The translations under genes were made by a program, and so were the position numbers. The notes beneath the pieces are model-generated. The model saw nothing but the letters and a program-made list of their open reading frames with translations, did no database searches and was not told the DNA's origin. From positions 1,579,012-1,587,855 of the forward strand of contig BCKQ01000001.1 in NCBI GenBank assembly GCA_001600695.1: a stretch of 8,844 nucleotides of DNA. The letters run 5' to 3'. Source of the stretch: Ascoidea asiatica JCM 7603 (lineage: Eukaryota > Fungi > Ascomycota). Below, in pieces: positions 1 through 8,300 of this stretch; the first letter of the stretch is position 1; each line of letters opens with the position of its first letter.

Positions 1-503
1 TGTTATTGTTATTGTTATTGTTATTATTATTCACATTAGAAGTATTATTTCCTTGTCTTGAATTATTTCTTTGTTGTTGGTTTATAATAGTCGAGGGTGG
101 AACTTTGGGATTATTATTAGTTATACCAGGTTGCCCACTGGCATTATTGTTATTATTATTATTATTATTACTATTATTATTATTACTATTATTATTATTG
201 TTATTATTATTATTAATGTTTGTTTTATTAATATTAGAATTTGCAGTATTTACATTAGCATTATTAATATTGGTATTATTAACATTAGTACTAACTTTAT
301 TAATATTGGTATTAGTATTATTATTAGTATTAGTAATAACATTATTATTATTAGTTAGATTATTATTATTGATATTAGTATTAGTATTAGTAATAGTGGC
401 AGTATTAATTTTAACATTATTGTTATTATTATTAATGTTGGTATTATTAGGATTGATTTTAGAAATATTGTTATTGTTATTGTTATTGTTATTGTTATTA
501 ATA
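1..503 (-). repeat. Interrupted (AAT/AAC)n poly-Asn coding microsatellites
   Basis: att/gtt runs on the plus strand at about 1-31, 143-214 and 465-500, all in frame with the left gene. Confidence 0.9.
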
Positions 504-1675
504 TTAGATGTAGAAGGAACAGGAAGAATTGGAATAATATTTGGAACAACTGGAGTATTATTTGAATTATTTAATTTATTTGGTAAATTATTATTAATGC
601 TTACAATTGGAGTTTTTACTGGAATAATAGATTGATTTTTTAATAAAAGATTTTTTTGAATTTCATTTTGTTGAATTTCTTTTTGTTGAAGTAATTTTTG
701 TTGAATTAAACGTTGTTGTATTAATTTTTGTTGAATTGCTTGTTGATTTTGTTGTTGTTGTTGTAAATTTTGTTGTTGATTTTGATTATTTTGTTTTAAA
801 ATAGTTCTTGGAATTTGAATAGATTTAGGGATAGAAGAAGTTGGAATAGAAGCTTGTACATCTTTTTGAGTAGCTTGAGGTGGTTGAGATACTTGAGTAG
901 TTTGAGTAGCCTGAATGGGTTGTGATGATTGGGAAGATTGAACAGGTTGAGAATTTTGAGTAGGTTGATTAACTTGAGGAACTTTAGATATATTTTGATT
1001 TTGTTGTATAGATTTATTTAAATTATTTTGATTTTTACTTCTTTCAACATGATCAGTAAGTTTAATTAAGAAATTATTATAATTTTTAAATTTTTCAGAA
1101 TCTACAGATAAATTAGAAATAGCTTTATTTCTTCTTTCAACTGAAGTACTTGGATCATTTTTAATTTTATTTTCTTCAGTAATTCTCATTTTTAAAACTG
1201 TTAAACTTTTTCTTAAAAGTATTATATTTTCTTGTAAACTTTTTGGATCAATTGATTTTGAATTCGAATTTGAATTTGAATTTGAATTTGTATTTGTATT
1301 TGAAGGTGCATTAGTATTTGAATTTACTATTTTATTTGATGGATTTGAATTTTGATTTTGATTATTAGATAATTGAGATCCTTGTTGATTGATTAAAGTT
1401 GATTGATTTTGATTTTGTCCTTCATTTTGGTTTGGGTTTGAGTTCTGATTTTGATTTGATTGTTGAGAGATAGAATTATTTAATTGTAGTTGAACTTGTC
1501 TTTGCATAGTTCTTATTTCAAGAATACGTTTTTTAATCTTATCACAAAGTTGTTGAAGTTTTAAAATATGAGGTTTATTTTTTTCAGAATCTTCTTTAGT
1601 TAATTCAGAAATTCTCTTTCCACATTGTTTAAGTTTTTCAAAAAGAGTTTGATATTCTAGAGCTAGTTTATTCAT
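2..1675 (-). CDS. Uncharacterised N/Q-rich low-complexity protein with two predicted helical/coiled-coil segments; 3' end lies outside the window (>558 aa)
   Basis: Manual translation. ATG at 1675-1673 in an A-rich context (TTAAAATG), with an in-frame TAA just upstream at 1690-1688. I found no stop down to base 2. The protein begins MNKLALEYQTLFEKLKQCGKRISELTKEDSEKNKPHILKLQQLCDKIKKRILEIRTMQRQ. A second helical block reads KSLQENIILLRKSLTVLKMRITEENKIKNDPSTSVERRNKAISNLSVDSEKFKNYNNFLIKLTDHVE, followed by Q-rich and poly-N tracts. Codon usage (TTA, AAT, CAA, AGA, TCA) matches the neighbouring genes. It is probably absent from the ORF track because it has no stop in the window. Confidence 0.9.
   Translation of the reverse strand, partial: MNKLALEYQTLFEKLKQCGKRISELTKEDSEKNKPHILKLQQLCDKIKKRILEIRTMQRQVQLQLNNSISQQSNQNQNSNPNQNEGQNQNQSTLINQQGSQLSNNQNQNSNPSNKIVNSNTNAPSNTNTNSNSNSNSNSKSIDPKSLQENIILLRKSLTVLKMRITEENKIKNDPSTSVERRNKAISNLSVDSEKFKNYNNFLIKLTDHVERSKNQNNLNKSIQQNQNISKVPQVNQPTQNSQPVQSSQSSQPIQATQTTQVSQPPQATQKDVQASIPTSSIPKSIQIPRTILKQNNQNQQQNLQQQQQNQQAIQQKLIQQRLIQQKLLQQKEIQQNEIQKNLLLKNQSIIPVKTPIVSINNNLPNKLNNSNNTPVVPNIIPILPVPSTSNINNNNNNNNNNNISKINPNNTNINNNNNNVKINTATITNTNTNINNNNLTNNNNVITNTNNNTNTNINKVSTNVNNTNINNANVNTANSNINKTNINNNNNNNNNSNNNNSNNNNNNNNNASGQPGITNNNPKVPPSTIINQQQRNNSRQGNNTSNVNNNNNNNNNN
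650..739 (-). repeat. Coding 15-bp degenerate tandem repeat x6
   Basis: Encodes AIQQK-LIQQR-LIQQK-LLQQK-EIQQN-EIQKN. Confidence 0.85.
866..982 (-). repeat. Coding 9-bp-period repeat x13 (XXQ)
   Basis: Encodes VPQ-VNQ-PTQ-NSQ-PVQ-SSQ-SSQ-PIQ-ATQ-TTQ-VSQ-PPQ-ATQ. Confidence 0.85.
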
Positions 1676-1776
1676 TTTAACTTTTGATTATTTATTTATT
1701 GACTACTAGTTTATTTTATTCTATTTTATTGTTGAATTTGTATTAGATAAGGATACTGTTGATAATTTGTTGTTAT

Positions 1777-1784
1777 TTTATATA
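1777..1784 (-). promoter_or_regulatory. Candidate TATA box for the left gene
   Basis: TATATAAA on the minus strand about 100 bp upstream of ATG 1675, a typical yeast spacing. Chance matches are common in DNA this AT-rich. Confidence 0.4.
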
Positions 1785-1886
1785 GATATGATACTAGTTG
1801 TTGAAGTATGAAGTGCTATCAGAGGAATAAGTCTATGATATATGTTTATGTTAGTATTTTAATTTAAATAGTCTTTGCAATACTCT

Positions 1887-1907
1887 TTCTTCTTCTTCTT
1901 CTTCTTC
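1887..1907 (+). repeat. (TTC)7 microsatellite, non-coding
   Basis: Seven perfect TTC units read directly from the sequence. Confidence 0.9.
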
Positions 1908-2354
1908 TCCTTCAGCAAACCACTTTGCTGCCGCTGAATCAGCCAGAAACAAACCCAGAAACCAGCCCAAGCTCAGCGCTTGCTCAGCACGAAACAAAGA
2001 ACAGACAACAAAAACACACCGCAGCAACGCGGTGAGAAGAAGAAGACAAAGAAGTGGTCATGTGTGCAAGTGCCACTTTTTATATCCGTAATCAGAGAAG
2101 CCTCCATGATGTGGCTAGTGAACACTATACTAAATAAAGGGTAAACCAAGTCTACTCATAATTAATAGCCAAAGTGATGAAGTGACACCATCTCCAAAAG
2201 ACAAAGGATTCATAAACAGTGTTGAGTTGAAGTTGGCAATAATTTTAATGCATCTAATATTTTATTTATCTCAATTCATTTTTATATTAAAGATCATTTG
2301 AATTGAATATTAATTATTAATTCAAGAAGTATATTCCTTTGAAAGATTCCAATT

Positions 2355-5000
2355 ATGTCAACTAGTCCTCCTGGTTCACCCTTAAAATCAAATCCAAATG
2401 ATTTGGATACTTTAAGTCAACCAAATACTCCAATTACACCAAATGCTCCAAATACACCAGACATTCAAAGTAATTCAAATATAAATCATGAGATAACAAA
2501 TCTGATATCAACAAAATCTGATAAAGAAATTGATAATCCAACTTCTCCCGATTTTACTATTAATCATTCTAAATCAATTTCAACAAATGATAATTCAATC
2601 AAAGATTTAAATTCAAATTCAAATTCAAATTCAAAAAATGATTCTGATATTAAACTTTCTTCATTAGGTACATCTTTTGAAAAAGCTTTACATCTTTGGG
2701 ATCAAATATCTTTACCTGATTTACAAAAACAATGGGATAATAATGCAATTGAAATTAAAGAAAATCAAAAACTTTTATTATTATCAAGAAAAGAATTAGC
2801 AAATTCAACAAAATATTTTAAAAAATTAAATAATGATGAAAAATTAATTTCAATAAATCCATTATTAAAATCTTATCAAAAACAAATTGATAAATTAACA
2901 AAACAAAATAAATCTATAGAAAATTTATTTTTTAATATTTATAAAAATTTTAATAATGCTCCTGATCCAAAACCTTTATTAGAAGCTTCTCTTGATTCAT
3001 TTTTAATTTCAAAAGAATTTGAATCTTTAAAAATTGAAAATTTAAATTTAAAAAATAAATTAATAAATTTTTCAGATTATGATAATTTAAAATTAAATTT
3101 AAAAAGATTAGAAAAATCAAGTGAAGAAACTTTAAAATTTAAATTAAATGAAAAAAATGATCAATTTGAAGCTTTAATTGATGAAAAAAATTTAAATTTT
3201 AAATTAATTGAAAATCAATATAATGATAAAATTAAAATTTTAAATTCTAAAATTAATGAATTACAAACTTTAAATCAAATTGCAAATCAAAGATTAAAAA
3301 ATCAAAATTTATTAATTAATAATGATTCAAATGAAATTTCTGATAATAATAATAATAATAATAATAATCTAGATAATTCAATTGATAATAATAATAATCA
3401 ATTATCTTCTTTAAATTCTTTAAAATTACAATTAGATTTACTCTCAAGAGATTTTGATTCTTCAAAATTAAGAAATATTGAATTAGAAAAAAGAAATGAA
3501 AATTTAAGAAAAGATTTAATTTCTTTAAATTTAAAAATTAATTCAAATTCTGAATTAATTAATTTAAAAAAAAATTATAAAGATCTTGAATCTGAATATT
3601 CTATATTAATTTCAAGAAATAATTTACTTTTAAATCAAAAAGATTTAAAAATTAATGAATTTGATAAAAAAATTAATAATTTAAATAGAGAAAATAATCA
3701 ATTAAAATCAAAAATTGAAATTTTAAAAAAAAATTTAAATAAATTAAATGATTATGATGAAATTAAAAATGAATTAATTATGCTTAGAGCTATAGAATTT
3801 GGGACTGGTGATGATGATGATGATGATAATAATAATAATAATGATGATAATAATGAAAATAATAATTCTAAAAAAGAAGAAGATAGTAATAATAAAGATA
3901 AAAGTATGGATGCAATTTTATTAGCTAGAAATCGTAAATTAACAAATGAAATTGTTTCTTTTAGAAATGATAATGAAAATTTATCAATTCAATTAAATCA
4001 ACTTAATATCACTATTCAAGATCAAGAAAGGAAAATAAATGAACTTAAATCTTTAAATGAATCTTTAGAAAATGATTTATTAAATATTAATTCAAAATCT
4101 TCTTCAAATAATGGTGGTTGGGATACTATGAGTTTTATTTCTGGAATTTCAAGAGCTCCAAAATCTATATTACCTTCAAATAATAATAAAAATAGAAGTG
4201 GAAGAATATCTCCTGCTGCTTCAATTGCTGGTGGTTATGGTTATGATAATAATATCAGAGAAAATATTGCTTTAAATAATCAAAATCAATTAGGTTCTGA
4301 TCCTTCTTTATTAGCAGTTGTAACTCAACAAAGAGATAGATTTAGAGCTAAAAATCAACAATTAGAAATAACTATTAAAAAAAATTCAAAAATTATTAAT
4401 GATTTAAAACGTTCTAATCAATCTATAAAAAATGATAATAATGAATTGTATGAGAAAATTAGATATTTACAATCTTATCAACAATATAATCAAAATAGAA
4501 ATAGAGGAAATAATTCTTCATCTTTTCCAAATGGTGCTTCTGGTTCAAATATTATGGATAATGATATAGAAAATTTAAATACTTATAAAAATGATTATGA
4601 AAATAGTTTACATCCATTAGCTAATTTTAGAATTAGAGAATCTGAAAGATTTAAAGGAAAATTACCTGCTTGGGAAAGAATGTTTTTATCTTTGGCCAAT
4701 AGTATATTAGCAAATAAAACAAGTAGATTGATATTTATTTGTTATTGTTTTGGTCTTCATTGTTTAGTAATGTCTATGTTGCTTTATATTTTACATAGTC
4801 CTGAAACTTCAGGTACAATAATATCCTTAGCAAATGCTGGAATAAATGAAGCAGCTTCATCAATTGAAAAATCTTCATTGAATAATGCTAATAATATAAA
4901 TAATTTTGCAAATCCAATAGTGAATAAAGTTGCAAATCCAATAATTGATGCAGCAGATAAAATTGCTCCTGCTATATCAAATCCAAATGTAATCGAATAA
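2355..5000 (+). CDS. COY1: CASP/Coy1 family golgin: coiled-coil Golgi membrane protein with a C-terminal transmembrane anchor (881 aa)
   Basis: N-terminal CUX1/CASP-type block (FEKALHLWDQISLPDLQKQWD...SRKELANSTKYFKK...LLKSYQKQIDKLTK...APDPKPLL) followed by a long coiled coil. Family motifs DYDEIKNEL.LRAIEF, ILLARNRKLTNE, LLAVVTQQRDRFRAKNQQLE, DNNELYEKIRYLQSY and YENSLHPLANFR are present. The single TM at about 4728-4793 (LIFICYCFGLHCLVMSMLLYIL) carries the Tyr and His conserved in CASP/golgin-84/giantin anchors. Recognised from memory of the family, not from a search. Confidence 0.93.
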   Translation: MSTSPPGSPLKSNPNDLDTLSQPNTPITPNAPNTPDIQSNSNINHEITNLISTKSDKEIDNPTSPDFTINHSKSISTNDNSIKDLNSNSNSNSKNDSDIKLSSLGTSFEKALHLWDQISLPDLQKQWDNNAIEIKENQKLLLLSRKELANSTKYFKKLNNDEKLISINPLLKSYQKQIDKLTKQNKSIENLFFNIYKNFNNAPDPKPLLEASLDSFLISKEFESLKIENLNLKNKLINFSDYDNLKLNLKRLEKSSEETLKFKLNEKNDQFEALIDEKNLNFKLIENQYNDKIKILNSKINELQTLNQIANQRLKNQNLLINNDSNEISDNNNNNNNNLDNSIDNNNNQLSSLNSLKLQLDLLSRDFDSSKLRNIELEKRNENLRKDLISLNLKINSNSELINLKKNYKDLESEYSILISRNNLLLNQKDLKINEFDKKINNLNRENNQLKSKIEILKKNLNKLNDYDEIKNELIMLRAIEFGTGDDDDDDNNNNNDDNNENNNSKKEEDSNNKDKSMDAILLARNRKLTNEIVSFRNDNENLSIQLNQLNITIQDQERKINELKSLNESLENDLLNINSKSSSNNGGWDTMSFISGISRAPKSILPSNNNKNRSGRISPAASIAGGYGYDNNIRENIALNNQNQLGSDPSLLAVVTQQRDRFRAKNQQLEITIKKNSKIINDLKRSNQSIKNDNNELYEKIRYLQSYQQYNQNRNRGNNSSSFPNGASGSNIMDNDIENLNTYKNDYENSLHPLANFRIRESERFKGKLPAWERMFLSLANSILANKTSRLIFICYCFGLHCLVMSMLLYILHSPETSGTIISLANAGINEAASSIEKSSLNNANNINNFANPIVNKVANPIIDAADKIAPAISNPNVIE
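3810..3842 (+). repeat. (GAT)6(AAT)5 compound coding microsatellite in COY1
   Basis: Encodes D6N5. COY1 also has (AAT)8 at 3345-3368 and (AATTCA)4 at 2610-2633. Confidence 0.9.
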
Positions 5001-5333
5001 ATCATTAAGATTCTTTCATAACTAAAAAATATAATTAATAATCTTTTTTTTATTTTTAAATTTAGAAAATTTGATAAAAATTCACTGAAAATTCCTCATA
5101 TATTAGATCAGAGAGTGATAAATGGACTTAAGAATAAAAAACTCCCAATGCTAAAAAAATGCAATTATCTTTAGTTACCAAAATATTTCTGAGATGTGGC
5201 TCATGTTCCAAAGGCATTATTAAAAAAAAAATTTGAAAAGACTTAAAATTAAAAGAGTAAAAGGGGTTCATATAAAAGTTTATATATATTAATGTTAAAT
5301 AAATATTATAATTCGCTTTTTGTTATATCAATC
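5001..5333. terminator. Convergent 3'-end region of COY1 and YAK1
   Basis: Tail-to-tail stops. TATATATA at 5281-5288 resembles the yeast efficiency element, about 45 nt after the YAK1 stop. TA-rich and T-rich tracts lie at about 5029-5057 after the COY1 stop. Confidence 0.6.
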
Positions 5334-8300
5334 TCATAGACCAAATGTATACGACCTATGCCTAGAATTTGTAGTGCTTGAGCTTTGACTTTGGGTATTA
5401 ACAGGTAAATGCTGCTGGTCTTGGGTTGGATTCACCCCATTTTGATATCGTGAATTATTATGATTTTGATTATTATATGCCTCTGAGTTAGAATTAGAAA
5501 CATTTGATGAATATTGTGGGTTATCGGGGTACAGAGGAAGATTGAAATGTGAATTTACCATATTAGATCCATATGCTGGATTTGATGCATTAGCAATAAG
5601 AGGGACATTATTTATTCTATTTCCATAAGTAACTTTTGGTGAACCAAATTGATTTCCACTTGCACCAGTCTGATTTTGAAGTGTATTCCCAAATGTAATG
5701 GAATTATCATTATATAGTAGACTTGATTTTGCGTTATATGGAGAATTAACTGTACTGAATTTGTTAGCTGGAGATGCCTTTAAAGGAGAATTTAAATGAG
5801 GAGAAGTAATAGGATTATGAGATGAAGATGAACCAGGTGGAACCCAATATTCATTATATGGTTGATTTGTTAAGAATGGATGTTGTATTGCTTGTTGAGG
5901 AGTCCATCTACTTATTGGATTTATATTTAATACACCTTTAAGAAAATGAAACAAATTCAAACGATCATTTAATTCTTCTGGACTTAAACTTAATGGTCCT
6001 TTATCTTTCATTGAAAATGAATTATCACTGTGTCCCTTTAAAGTTCTTGGTTGATAATTCTTGATTATATCGAATAGATTATTTGAATTAAAATAATTTT
6101 TAGATGGTTGTTCTTTTTTATTGAATTCTTCCATATATTTTTCCATTGGTTTTAATTTATATTTAAATAAAGTTTGATCAAATTGATTTAAAGCAGAAGC
6201 AGGTAACCTAGATTTTTCAATAAAATTAGAAGAGTTTTTCCCCATGTCAATCATCCATGGAGGTGGAAAGCCTAACATTTCGATAATTCTAGTTATTTGA
6301 TTAAATTCACTAGTTCCTGGAAATATAGGTAAACCTAAAAATAATTCTGCAACAATACAACCAAAAGACCACATATCAATTGCAGTTGTATATGGTAAAC
6401 CTAAAATTACTTCAGGAGAACGATAAAATCTTGATTGAATATAAGTAAATACAGTTTGTCTTTCAAAGCAAGCAGAACCGAAATCAATTACTTTAATTCT
6501 TGGTTGATCACCACCTACCAATAAAATATTTTCTGGTTTTAGATCACAATGAATAATTTTATGATTTTTTAAAATTATTAGGGAGTGTAATAATTGTTGA
6601 GAGAAAGATTTTATTAAATCCATTCTTAAACCATTATAAGAATTTAATTTGATTAATTCATATAAATTTGAAGATAAAAGTTCAAAAACAATACATAAAT
6701 GATTTTTATGAAAAAATTTATCTTTTAATCTTAAAAAATTGAATTTATCATATGGATCAATTTTATTATTAAGTGTTTCTAAAATATCAATTTCTGTTAA
6801 AGATTGATTATAATAAGCCTGTTTTGATTTTATTACTTTAACAGCAACAATTTCTTTATTTTTTAAATTTTGACACTTAACAACTTGACCAAAAGTACCT
6901 TGACCTAAAACATCTAAAACCATATATTTTTTACTTTCTTGAGAACCTAAAATATCATTAACATATAAAATATAATCATTATTCTCATTATCACAACCAT
7001 TTTCAAATATTGGTTTTGAAGGTTTTGTTAAAACTCTTTTTGGATTTTTTGAAGATTGATAATTAAATTCTGGTCTACATAAAGAATAGGTTGCTAATAA
7101 AGATTGAGTTAAAGCATTTAAAGGTGATATATGAGCTGAACCAATTGAAGCTCTTCTATATTTTGGATTTCTATTAATAATTGGATGTAAATCGGATATA
7201 TCATTAATTTGTTTAACTTTTGGAGCAGGAATATTTTGAATTAATTGAGGAATTGAAATATTTTGATTATTAGTTGTTGAATATTCAGATAAATTTTGAT
7301 TATTATATTTATTATAATATGGAAATTGATAAGGTATATTAGACATATTAACATTAATTAAAGTTGAGTTTGAAGATGTAGAGGTTTGATTATTTATGTT
7401 ATTATTATTATTATTTAGATAAAATTCATTTGAATTATTAGAAGGATTAAATTGATTAGATTTTTGAAAATTTGGAAAATTATTTGAAATACCAGATATT
7501 GAAGGTATATTTGAATTAAATAATCTTGAATTTGAAGATAATTGATTCATATTATTAAGATTATTATTAAGATTATTATTATTGATATTAGAGGAAGAAG
7601 CAATTGCAACTGATTGTCTTCTTCTTTCACTTGATAATAATGGAATATTTGAATCTGAATAATAAGGTAATGGAGCATGAGCTCTAGAAGGAGGAATAAT
7701 TAATTGACGATTAATATTGTTATTTATGTTATTATTTATATTATTATTTAAGTTATTAAAAGCATTGATTTGAATTGAATCATTCTCATAAGTTGTTGAT
7801 AATTGAGAACCTTTTAAGAAACTTGAACGATTTGAAGTTGGATTACTTGTTGAGATTGGAGGTTTTGATTTAATTGGAGAGCGCTGAAGTGGTTGAAGTT
7901 GCTGAATTTGTTGAAATAGTAATTGATTATTTGGTTGATTGTTTGGTTGATTATTTGGTATAGTATTTGAATTTAAATTTGAGTTTGAATGAGAATGAGA
8001 TATTGAAGTTGAGGTTGAGGTTGAATTCAAAATTGAATTTGGATTATGGATATTATTTTGATTATGATTATTATTTTGATTTGATTGAGATTGAGATTGA
8101 GATTGAGATTGAGATTGAGATAAGGATTGAGTATGAGAATGATAAAAATGAGGAGGAATTTGATTTTGAATATTTGAAATTTGAGGTAAATCAACAGGAA
8201 ATTCAAGCGTTGGACTATTAAAGTTATTATTATTAGTTTGATTATTTGGATTATTTATAATAAAGGATAAATCATTATTTGAAGATTTATTTGAAGGTGG

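Larger units (their letters stand above)
1676..2354. promoter_or_regulatory. Divergent (bidirectional) promoter region between the unidentified gene and COY1
   Basis: 679 bp between head-to-head ATGs, with a visibly GC-richer core at about 1885-2220. TATAWAWR matches occur on the minus strand at 1777-1784 (TATATAAA) and 2077-2084 (TATAAAAA). Confidence 0.75.

Noticed and set aside
6-635. 209-aa poly-Leu ORF and 95-aa poly-Ile ORF (71-358) on +, and 64-aa ORF (355-549) on -
   Set aside because: These are antisense or shifted-frame shadows of the AAT/AAC poly-Asn repeats in the real minus-strand gene. The two + strand ORFs also lack an ATG start.
1833-1856. TACTAAC (minus strand, 1856-1850) followed by TAG at 1835-1833, suggesting a 5'UTR intron
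   Set aside because: I found no canonical GTATGT/GTAAGT donor upstream, and a TATA candidate lies downstream of it. The same heptamer occurs inside the open YAK1 frame (8376-8382), so chance is likely. Spliced RNA-seq reads would overturn this.
1984-2137. Two 25-codon ORFs diverging from one CATG palindrome at 2059-2062 (MTTSLSSSSHRVAAVCFCCLFFVSC on -, MCASATFYIRNQRSLHDVASEHYTK on +)
   Set aside because: Both are short, their codon usage is unlike the real genes, and such ORFs are expected in a locally GC-richer stretch. The equal length is most likely coincidence.
2105-2230. C-box-like ATGATGT / GTGATGA suggesting a C/D snoRNA
   Set aside because: There is no CTGA D box at a suitable distance downstream on the same strand.
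4194-4230. GRISP in Coy1 as a substrate site for the neighbouring Yak1
   Set aside because: Gene adjacency in yeasts does not imply a functional link, and the motif is too short to support the claim.
4784-5005. 73-aa antisense ORF over the COY1 3' end
   Set aside because: It is a codon-register mirror of COY1 with no independent signal.
2108-5201. GATGTGGCT on both sides of COY1 as a 9-bp target-site duplication
   Set aside because: There are no terminal inverted repeats inside it and no transposase, and COY1 is a housekeeping gene.
2502-5534. CTG codons are nearly absent (I found only 2502-2504 in COY1 and 5534-5532 in YAK1), hinting at CUG reassignment
   Set aside because: All G/C-ending codons are rare here, and both CTGs fall in unconserved regions. 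The window cannot discriminate between genetic codes.
7967-8221. 84-aa ORF with an IEIEIE repeat
   Set aside because: It is an antisense shadow of the YAK1 SQ/NS repeats.
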